A stretch of 60,110 bases of DNA, counting the filler, from Jimgerdemannia flammicorona (lineage: Eukaryota): assembly GCA_003990765.1 (NCBI GenBank). It is 3 parts of 3 records of this genome, joined end to end, with 100 filler letters (N's around TTAATTAATTAA, not from the genome) between each part and the next. Parts side by side here need not be neighbours in the genome. Positions count along the whole stretch, not along the records: positions 40,144 to 60,110 come from RBNJ01001791.1; 2 more parts are not named here. One strand, 5' to 3'. Made by a program: the position numbers and the translations under genes. A model generated the notes under the pieces. It ran no database searches. It was not told where the DNA came from and worked only from the letters and a program-made list of their open reading frames with translations. Below, one piece after another: positions 50,015-60,110 of the stretch; position 1 is the first letter of the stretch; the number at the start of each line of letters is the position of its first letter.

Positions 50015-52172
50015 ATATACATAAATTGGTCTTGTAATACTTAAATCTATTACTCATAAGATATTTGTCAATTTTTCAGTTTCACAGTCTTACTACTTGC
50101 TTGATATCATAAAGACCTTTATATAACTTGCATATAAGCTCCTTTTTCTTATTGTTATATTATTTATATTCTTATAATTGATAGATATATAGCTCTATAT
50201 CTATATTACTATTTAAGAAAGCTGTTTTAATATTTATTTAATAGATTTTATAATTATATTTAGCTCTAATTATAAGAAGTATTCTAAGTAAAGTAAGCTT
50301 GAATATTGGAAAAAAGGTCTTATTATAGTCTATGATATATATATCCTTATAAATACCTCTTTACTACAAATTAGGTCTTATATTATTCTATATTATCATT
50401 GCTATTATACTTAATCTTATACATCTATTAGAATTCTATTACTTATCAATTTGTCTAAAGAGAGACTAAATCTCAGATATCATTCTTGATGAGTGAATCA
50501 TATTTTTTATCTATAGTCTTTTTTTATTCTTTTTTATCATCCAAATGCATGGCTTCATTATAGTTTACTAGTTTACTAGTTATTACAATATAAGCACACT
50601 CATAGGTATAGTTTATATAATATTTGTTATTATGACAGGATTTCTTAGGCTAATCTCAATAATCTTCTAAATCTACTTCTATCTTATTACATAATCTAGA
50701 TTTGTATTTTTTTCTTATCTTTTAAAGAGATATCCTCATTATTATTCTTATCTATAATTTCTATAATTCTTAGCTCTGATAGCCTTATTAGTATAAATAA
50801 GGATTGCACTAGTACTACTATAGATATTATTCTACTTATCTTTGAAGTTAGTATAGTTATTACTAGCTATACTATCAGGTTAGTCAAGATAGGAATTTCT
50901 ATATAAATTTCCTACTTAGTTTTCTTGAATTAAATGTCATATGAGATAATGATATAATATTTCTATAGATTTTATAATCTATATACTGCTCTGTTATATC
51001 TAAGAAATATATACTTATCTATCTTAGACTTAAATTTACCCCTATTATTACTCTTATCTAGGATGTAAGCTTCACTCTCAAATATCTATAAGTGTAAAAT
51101 ATCTGACTTAGATCTACTTTATAATTCTTTAGGGGTAAGATTACTATTATTTCTAAATTATTGATTATTATTATCAGATCTATCAGATTCACTAGAGTCT
51201 TTGCTTAGAGTTTGGAAAATATAATGATTTTAAGTATATATTGCTATATTTACTACTTCAGCCCAGAAGAAGTACATATGATAAGTTAGCTATATTCATC
51301 ATTATTTGAGCTATCTCTACTATCATTCAATTAAAGCACTCTGCTACACTATTCTGCTAAGATATATAGGAGGCTATTGTAGAGTATTGGATACTGTACT
51401 TCTTCAAAAAGTATCTGAAGGCTTTGTTGATATATTTCTTATTATTATCTAAACATAGGGTCTATATCTTATATTCTGTTTCATTCTCTATAGTTATTTT
51501 AAATTCTCAGAATTTTTCAAATATCTCATTTTTTATTATAAAGAAGTATATATAGGCTTTGCAAGTATAATCATTAATGAAAGTAATAAAATACTTCTTC
51601 TCAGAATATATTGTCATTTGTATAAAGCTACAGATATCTGTATATATCATATCAAGAATGCTGGCCACTCACTTTGTCTATTCCTAAAAAGATTACTAGA
51701 AAGTCTTATTTACTATATATTTATTATAAAAGCTAAAGTTCAATAGTATATAGTTTGGTAATCTATATATAGATTTACTCCTTATTATCTATTTCAAGCT
51801 TATATTGCTGATATATTTTAAGTATTTATACTATATATATTAGAGATCTTCTCTAGTTATAGCAGATTATATAGATAATATCTACTTAGTATACTATCAA
51901 TTATATATAGATTCCTCTTTTTCAATATATATATTAACTCTTTATTATTCTTTAGATTAATTACTATTACACTATTTAGTTATATATTTACAACTTTATC
52001 TTTTTGAGCTATTATCTAGCTGATTGAAAAGAGGTTCTTACTGATATCTAGAGTATATAATATATCCATAAAGGTGCCTGAGAGTTCATTGACTTTCCTA
52101 TATAGATATATACTAATATTTTTCTTATCTTGAGTATAAATGATATTATTATTATCTAGTTTGATAGTGTTA
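50015..52172 (-). mobile_element. Old, AT-eroded Ty1/Copia fragment (PR end, GAG-pre-integrase, IN, RT start), related to the young Copia at 55029
   Basis: The reverse complement aligns by eye to 56580-58700 (e.g. KKYFITFI(D/N)DY, (P)QQNSVAE, FWAEVVN). Confidence 0.85.
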
Positions 52173-55028
52173 CATAATGGGTACTGAGTTCTTCAAGTAT
52201 ATCAGATTTTCTTCAAGATATATCTCTTAGACTAACTATAAGTTTGTTATAAGTAAGTTCTTATTGGAGTATCTTTCTAAGATCTTATAGTTCTCAAACT
52301 TCTTATCTTTAAACTGTCTTGTTATCTCTTTAAATTACTTATATAGAATTGAGTATAAGTAAATTGAGAGAACTAACTTTATTTTAAAGAAAATAAGAGG
52401 AGTATTTATATAATATATAATTCAATAGTTGCTAAGATATAAAGCTAAATATAAATTCCAATAATCAAATAAATAAGATACTGGAATACAGAAAACTTCA
52501 GTTATAAGTACAAATTAAAGTATCTATATAATTGTTGTACAAGTTCAGGATACAAGTAGATTTTGATTGTATAAAAAAAGGATATCAAAAGATTTAAGTA
52601 TTATAAGAAACTTAGAGCAGAATGTTCAGGATCCTGGAGACTTCATCTTCATTACTATCAAGGCTAGAGATTGAGAATAGGATGTCTTCAAAAGAAATGA
52701 GATCAGTGAATATTTTGTCTGTCTTGCATATATCATATGTTTTACATACTTCTCATATATCACTAATTAGTAGGATGACATCATCACTAATGATATCACT
52801 ATATTTGATAATAGTGGAGAAGAGAGCAAGGAGATCTGGGGTTCTCTAATCTATACCATTCTCTTCTACAAAATAAAGAACAAATGTGGGATCTTGGAGA
52901 GGTCTAACCTGGATACTGAGACCTTGGAATATTGAGATAAATTCTTACAGAAATTGATCTGGATTGTCCTTGAGGATGGAATTATAGAACTCTTCTATCT
53001 TATTACTATTGAGAGTGATGGTGAATTGGGCTTCTATAGCTACTATGGCCTCTAGTATATTTGTGCAGTAAGTTGATAATTCTTTGAAGTCTGAGACTCT
53101 GATATACTCTAAGTTGGAGATTGATCATAGTATATGTCTGAAGATCTAAAGAATCTTCTTGGCTATCCTTATTTTATATATATCTATAGGAGTGACATCT
53201 TGTATCTCTTAGAGACTGGTATGAGGAAATTCTCAGCAGAGAAGATTTCTTATTTTATATTCCTGCTATATCTAGAGGTATTTAGTAGTGATAGTGATTC
53301 TTGTTTCTATTTTACAGTAGTAAAGAATAAAGTGATAAGGGTCATCAATACTTAGGTTGAGGCTAGGAGTTCTTCTGATATAGATCCTTATAGCTCTTCT
53401 GATGTCTTGGAATATTCTTTCTTAGACTGAGGAGTCTTGATAATTCCTAGACCTTAAGGTTTGATAAGCAGTAGGTATTTTGTTTATAATGAGTCTTTAA
53501 ACTATTTTGGAGTTTTGTGAGTCTTGTTTGAGTTATTGCTACTGTAATTCCTTAGTCCTTCTTTTATATTTCTTGAGATATCTATCTTGTGGTCATGATG
53601 ACTTATAGTTGATTATTATTGCTTATCTTATAGTCTAGGTAAGTTATACTATATGATCTTCTTATACTCTGATATAGTGACTTATAAGAAAAGGCTGTCT
53701 TCTGTGATGATATCACTATTCTGAGGTCATCATTACATCTTCCTCCTGAATAAGGATCTTCTCTTAAATATTCTTATTTATTGGTCCAGTCAGGAAAAAT
53801 TTGCTAATCTCATAACCTCTGGCAGGGGGTCGAAAAGTGGTATTTATAGACTGATATCTTTCTTATACATTTTGGCATAATAGTGAAGAGTCACTCTCTT
53901 TATATAGAGCAAAGACCTGATTCTGATCTTGATCAATCAGTTGATAGTTCAAACTCCTCTGGCTTCAAAAGTCTTATAGATGAGTAGTTACTAGTGCCAT
54001 ATCCCTTAGAAAATGGTCCAGACAAATTGCCTGCTAGTTATGAGATATGCTGTTATGATTTATAGACTAGAACCTTATAGGTAGTCATCACATTTTACTT
54101 CTCTTATATAGGTTCATGATACTTCTTGAGTCTGTTCCTATATACTGTAGTAAGCAGTATGGTCTCTGAGAGTTTTCTAAGCCAGAAGGTAGTTTCCTGG
54201 ATATCTTGCATATAGAAGAGTTTATCTTATTTGGGCTTTAGTTTTTGTAACCATAAGGCTTCTACCATATTTCAATACAGTAGAACTTTTTCTCTAATTT
54301 GAATGAGTTCTAAGATCTTATGATTCTTTTCTATATTCTTTCTTATTAGTGCTTATGACTTGATGATGTAATCTTCTGCCTTCTTCCTGATTTGGTATAG
54401 TCTCTGGATTTCTGAGTCAATCTATTATCAAGTTAGGTCTAGATTTATAACTAAGGTTCTATCAGAATCTTCTTCTCTGAAGAGTAGTTCTCTTAGTATA
54501 CTTTATGACTATATATCTTAAGAGCAGTTAGGAGGTAGTTATTCCAATTCTTATATATATCTGAGATCTTGGCCAGAATGTTCTTGAGAGTCTTGTTGGT
54601 TCTTTCTATCTGTCTATTTTCTTGAGGATGATATGCAGTAGTCTTGATATACTGAATCTTATATTTCTGATATATTATTTCATAGAATCTATTGATAAAT
54701 TCTATACTGCAGTCTGTAGTGATTTGTCTTGATGTCTTATAGCAGCAAATGATTTCTCAGTATAGGAAGTTAGTAATAGAGAGAGTATTGACTTCTTATA
54801 ATACTCCTGCTTCTATCTATTTAGTAAAAAGATCTATAATAACTATAATATAGTAATTTTCTAATAGAGTTACTAGTAGTAGTCCAATGATGTCTATTGT
54901 AATGTAGTGGAAGGAGATAGATTCAATTCTTGATAACTCAGATATCTGGTCTTGCTGATCTTGTTTCTATTTTTGATACTTATCACACTCTTTGACAAAT
55001 TGGTACAGGTCTTCTTCTATTTTAGGTC
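52173..55028 (-). mobile_element. Gypsy element E, 3' part: integrase (~55028-54110), extra ORF (~54090-53800), PPT (53738-53750), 3' LTR (53737-~52173) containing a second ORF
   Basis: TTAYHPQENRQIERTNKTLK at ~54640-54590; minus strand CAGGAGGAAGA-TGTAATG; TATAAATA at ~52410-52403; the distal LTR end is approximate. Confidence 0.82.
52612..53470 (-). pseudogene. LTR-embedded accessory ORF of element E (~285 codons, no frameshift, C>T-type stops)
   Basis: Manual translation: ERIFQDIRRAI..YL*I*QEYKI(R/G)NLL..KIRIAKKIL*IFRHIL*SISNLEYIRVSDFKEL..; similar to the A and B extra ORFs. Confidence 0.7.
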
Positions 55029-55194
55029 TGTTGAGATTTCTAGCTAATCAACTCGGTATGTAGCTCACGTGAAGGTGGCGCGGCTCATGTGTGAGGACAT
55101 CATCAGTGGAAACGTCATCAACGCGTAAATACATGCTTCGCGCATATCAATAAAGGTTGCTCCTTTATCCCTCAAATTCCAGTATTTCACAACA

Positions 55195-55206
55195 GGTTAT
55201 GAGCCC
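55195..55206 (+). other. Copia-type PBS GGTTATGAGCCC (internal, half tRNA-iMet priming)
   Basis: Directly after the LTR CA; similar to the Drosophila copia PBS GGTTATGGGCCC. Confidence 0.85.
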
Positions 55207-55268
55207 CGGTTAGTGGCTAACCAAAACACCTCTTTAATATACGCTATACTACTCTACGCGCAAAAGAG

Positions 55269-58200
55269 ATGTCGAATACGCCAGGGAGTCCCTCGGCGGG
55301 TGCCGGAACGGGTACCGGAACGGGTGCCGGAACGGGTACCGGAACGGGTACCGGAACAGCCCCAGTGGCAACTACTACGACCGTCACGACGATGTCAATT
55401 CCAGCCCCAGCGGCTATTACGACAGTGCAAACGTCCAAGAGGTCCATCCCTGTCTTCGACGGGAAAGATTACGCAATCTGGGCCTATCATATGAAGAATC
55501 TCCTTATTGAATGTGGCTTGGCGGACTACTGGAAGCCGCAAGCACAGATTACGGGATACAATGTCACTAACGACGAGAGAGCCTTACGCGAGATTACGTT
55601 CACACTATCTAACGCACAACTGAAACACGTCATCTATGCTACAACAGCAAACGAAGCCTGGGAGATCTTACGCGATCTACACCAAAAGGACTCCGCCTCG
55701 AACAGATTCCACTTGAAATCGCAACTATTCAGCCTACGGATGAAGTTTAAGGAGACGATCCGTGAATACGCCGATCGGGTTGACGAGCTGACGAATCACA
55801 TTAATGCTCTAAGCGCACCAGCGGATTACGTCAAGGACGACGACAAGGTCCTGACCCTTACACGTGGCCTTCCCGAGGCATATAATATCATTGTCATCGT
55901 GATGAGGGAGAGCGGTAAGCTTTCGGACTACAAACACGTGATAACGAGCCTCCAGAACGTGGAATCTCAGGCACAGGAGAACGACGATGATGAAAGAGCA
56001 CTCTATGGCTCGCGTGGATGAGGCAAAAAGCAGCGCAAGGGTCAACACGGCAAAAGCCAGCGCGACAAAAGCCAGCAAGGCCAAGACCAATCAGAGAAAT
56101 TTGACGGGAGCTGCTATTATTGCGGCAAGTATGGACACCGTGCGAATGAATGCATGAAAAAGGAAAAGGACAAGGGTGGAAAGAAAGGAAAGAGTGGCAA
56201 GCAAGCGAATAGCGCAGATTCTAATGCCGATAAGGGAGGATTGTTCTTCGCCAATGTAGATTCGGACCCTTTTGGACCGGTGAAAAATGCGCAAGCCACC
56301 CCGACATCTACGAGATCTAGTTCTACATCCACCAGCGCCAGTTCTACCTGCAAATGTGCTTGCTCGACATCTACGGAACCCGACATTCGGAATACTTTTC
56401 AAGGTGCGAAAAGTGGCGGTGACGTAAACAGCACGTGCGCCAGCGCCAGAGACGAGTATACACTGAGCACTAACATTGCATACGACGAAGAGGACATCTG
56501 GCTCCTAGATTCGGGTGCATCCCAGCATATGACTTCACACCGCGAGTGGTTCTCTACGTACGAACCCTTTGACAACCCCGTGCATATCAGATTGGGCGAT
56601 AATAAGGTTATATACGCTCAGGGGAAGGGCAATGTCGGCATGTATTTGCATGGAAACATTAAGGAATCCTACGCGACCTTTATGGACGTACTGTACGCTC
56701 CAGGGATAGGAAAGAACCTCTTCTCGATAGGTTGAACACTAGCACGAGGGGATAAGTGAATCTCAGGAACGTGCGATGGCGTGAAGATATACGATCTCGA
56801 CGGCAAAGAAGTATTAACGACCAGGAAGCATGGATACTTATACGCAATAAACGGAACGCCGAGTGGCACAGCTGCGGCGAATGCAGCGTGGTCTGGAACG
56901 ACCAGCGTAGCGTATACCTGGCACCGGAGACTCGGACATATCAGCCCGACAAGCCTCGAACGTATGATAAGGAATGGTTCGGTGAGCGGACTCCCGGACA
57001 ACTTACGCCCGGACCATATGCCATGTGATGATTGCGTGATGAACAAGGCCTGTCAACAACCCTTCCAGGAATGGATGAAACGAGCCTCAGGGATACTCGA
57101 TTTGGTACACTCAGACATATGGGGACCTGCGAGAAATAAATCACACTCCGGGAAGAAGTATTTTATTATGTTCATCGACGACTATACGCGCAAGGTCTAC
57201 GTATACCTTATGGCGGCGAAGAGTGAAGCTTTGGAAAAATTCGGAGAATACAAGGCTATCGTCGAAAACGAGACCGGACGTAAAATTCGAGCACTACGCT
57301 CAGATAACGGCAAGGAGTACGTTAATAATCAGTTCAAGAACTTCTTGACGAGACACGGGATAAAACACCAAACGACGGCTCCCTATACGCCTCAGCAGAA
57401 CAGCGTAGCGGAGCGTTTTAACCGAATGGTAGTGGAGATGGCCCGTACAATGCTCAACGCGGCCGATCTATCAAAGCCCTTTTGGGCCGAAGTGGTGAAT
57501 ACGGCAGTGTATATACGCAATAGGTGTATTTCTCGAGCTCTAAGCAAGGATGCTTGTGGCAACGATCAGCAATCCAGGGACGAGGATAATGCTACGCTAC
57601 ATCAGCTATGGAGTGGAAATCGGCCCGATATCTCACATCTACGCATATTCGGAAGCAAAGCCTACGTGCTAGATAAAAGCAGAAATAAGGATAAGTTTGA
57701 TCCAAAGGCTACTAAGTATGTGTTCCTCGGGTATAGCAACGGTTGCAAAGCATATAGGCTGTGGAATCCAAGGAAGCGGGGAATTGTTAACTCCCATGAC
57801 GTTACATTCAAGGAACCCGGCATACAGGATTCACACGTGAATATCGAGAAGACGACTACGATTACACATACGCTTCCGGGAACGCCCCCGGCAATCAACC
57901 TTACGCCTCCGGCGGCCAGTACTACGCCTCCAGCAAGTCCTCCGGTCACACCCCTGAAGACACCCCCGAAAATGTCACCTATCCCGGCGAGGATTCCTTC
58001 GCCACCTCCTGGACCGAGGATAACTGAGATAAGGGATAGCGATGACAAGACTAGTGAAGCGGAGACGATTCTCCCATCTACGAAAGGTAAACAAAAGTGC
58101 AAATCCAGGACATTGGATACAGATCTAGGAGACTATTGGAATGTTCCGAAGACCCGACGCAAGCATCATGTGAACTACGCTTGCGAGTACGCATACTTGA

Positions 58201-59810
58201 CAACGGTGGATCCACGATCATATGACGAAGCCATATCCTCCCCTGATAGCAAGGAGTGGAAGCGAGCGATGGATGAAGAGTATAATTCGCTCATCAGCAA
58301 CAGTACTTGGGATCTAGTACCTCTTCCAAGGGATCATCAAGCTATAGGATCTCGTTGGGTATATAAAGTTAAGCGTCAAAGCGATGGAAGCGTAGAGCGG
58401 TACAAGGCACGCTTCGTTGCTAAGGGATATTTACAGGATTACGGCGTAGACTACGATGAGACGTTCTCTCCTGTATTCAAGCTCACTTCTCTACGCATAC
58501 TACTGGCTATCGGCGTCGAGTACGATTACGAAATACAGCAGATGGACGTTAAGACTGCATTCCTGAATGGTGACATAGATACGGAACTATACGTCCAACA
58601 GCCGCAAGGATACGAACTATACGACAGGCGGAAAGAGCTCATATGCAAACTACGTAAAGGGTTATACAGAATCAAGCAAGCGGCAAGACTATGGAATCGG
58701 AAGATCAATCAATATCTGCTTGACAACGGATTTTGGCGGTGCGAAGCGGATCCATGCATATATACGCGACATACATCCTCAGGAATGGTATACTTGGGGA
58801 TATGGGTCGATGACATCATAATCGTTGGCAAGAGGAGCCAAGTTAACGAAGTAAAAGCTACGCTATGCCAGGAATTTGAGATGACGGACTTAGGCGACGC
58901 GTCCTTCTTATTGGGGATAGCGATTACATGTGACAGAAACGAGCACGCTATACACCTATCCCAAGCCACCTATGCTAAGCAAGTACTTGAATGATTCAGG
59001 ATGAGCGATTGTAAGCCAGTGGCGATGCTAATGGAAACTATGACGAGGCTAAGGAAAAGTGACCCTACGCCCGACAAGAACATCTCCTATAGACAAGCGG
59101 TGGGATCCCTTATGTATCTTATGCAAGGAACGCGACCAGACATCTCCTATGCAGTAAACAAAGTGGCGCAGTACGCCTCATGCTATGACAACTCGCATTG
59201 GACAGCAATTAAGCGCATATTCAGGTACATCAAAGGAACAGCGGATTATACGCTCAGTTTGGGCGGTGATAAAGGACAAAGCAGGAGTCACGTGCGTGTC
59301 TCCGGAGCTTGCGACGCCGATTGGGCTGGCGACCTCGACGACCAGCGCTCTACGACCGGATATCTCTTCCATATCGGCAAAGGGGTTATCTCGTGGCAAA
59401 CACGTAAGCAATCATCGGTGGCCACATCCTCTATGCAAGCAGAATATCAAGTGTTGTCCACAGCAACTAAGGAAGCCGTATGGCTACGGGAATTACTAAA
59501 GGAATTAGGGTATACTCAGGAACGAGACTCTACGCTGATCTTACAGGATAATCAATCTACGATTGCATTAGCAAAGAACCCTATACATCATGCAAGGACT
59601 AAGCATATCGACATTCAACATCATTATATACGTGAATGCGTGGAAAACGGTACTATATGCCTGGAATATACGCCAACAGAGTCTATGATGGCGGATTCTC
59701 TTACGAAGGCCCTTCCGAGGCCAAAATTCGAACACTGCGTACAAGGGATGTGTCTTACGAGCAACCCTACGCTACGGCCAGGATTCAGGGACCACCAACA
59801 ACAACAATAA
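55269..59810 (+). pseudogene. Copia gag-pol polyprotein (~1513 codons) in one frame with four TGA stops (56019, 56733, 56757, 58992)
   Basis: FDGKDYAIW; CYYCGKYGHRANEC; WLLDSGASQHM; WHRRLGH; LVHSDIWGP, LRSDNGKEY, PQQNSVAER; YKARFVAKG, QMDVKTAFLNG, WVDD; CDADWAG, RTKHID, MADSLTK. Confidence 0.96.
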
Positions 59811-60110
59811 TTGACGCAAATCACGAGACTTTCCTAACGGCGAAAAGCCTCCAACATATACATCTTACATCCCCTATGAACATTGCACATCCGTACTGCA
59901 TTTCTATTTGCAAGCAAGCAAGCAAACATTTCAAGTGGACATTCAGACTGTTTATCAGTTCCTAGCGCACTCTTTCTACTACGTATTCTACCTATTTTAG
60001 TGCTTATAAGCAGGGAATTCGGACATTTTTAGGTTGATAGATAGCACCCATTCTACCTATCGTTTCCTGCATTGTATTCATTAGTTAGTTAGCATGCATT
60101 TCTGCAGTTT

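Larger units (their letters stand above)
55029..60110 (+). mobile_element. Young Ty1/Copia LTR retrotransposon (3' LTR beyond the window), inserted into the integrase of element E
   Basis: 166-bp LTR TGTTG...CAACA (55029-55194), PBS, and a complete gag-pol; CpG retained. Confidence 0.96.

Noticed and set aside
55269..59810. TGA recoding (selenocysteine, alternative genetic code or programmed readthrough)
   Set aside because: CGA>TGA deamination explains the stops (e.g. conserved LERF), and the same process is evident throughout the window.

Overview
Eukaryotic, most likely fungal, transposon-dense DNA. An early-diverging Mucoromycota-type host is my inference from element architecture and CpG decay, not something the sequence proves. 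The window is three ~20 kb contigs (1-19972, 20073-40043, 40144-60110) joined by artificial N44-TTAATTAATTAA-N44 linkers, so adjacency across the gaps is not biological. Contig 1: two nested L1/Tx1-type LINEs and a near-complete minus-strand chromodomain Ty3/Gypsy element (A) with 2 kb LTRs. Contig 2: a putative hAT-like end carrying an acidic repeat ORF, decayed Gypsy elements (B, C, B'), and a CpG-rich island holding the only clear host gene, a secreted Lys-rich + (SCSD[HD][ED]T)n Cys/His/Asp repeat protein. Contig 3: Gypsy D (same family as C), an old Copia, Gypsy E and a young Copia broken by only four TGA codons. Main finding: four Gypsy families carry an extra, non-gag/pol, non-env-looking ORF with a shared motif (Y[YF]x[LI]GxLL ... 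IA[KR]xxxx[LI]F...[IL]xxL after reverting C>T/G>A damage). It lies between integrase and the PPT (B, B', C, E) or entirely inside the LTR U3 with its own TATA-like box (A, E). Three Gypsy families also encode dUTPase, at two different positions in the polyprotein. All repeats show graded C>T hypermutation.
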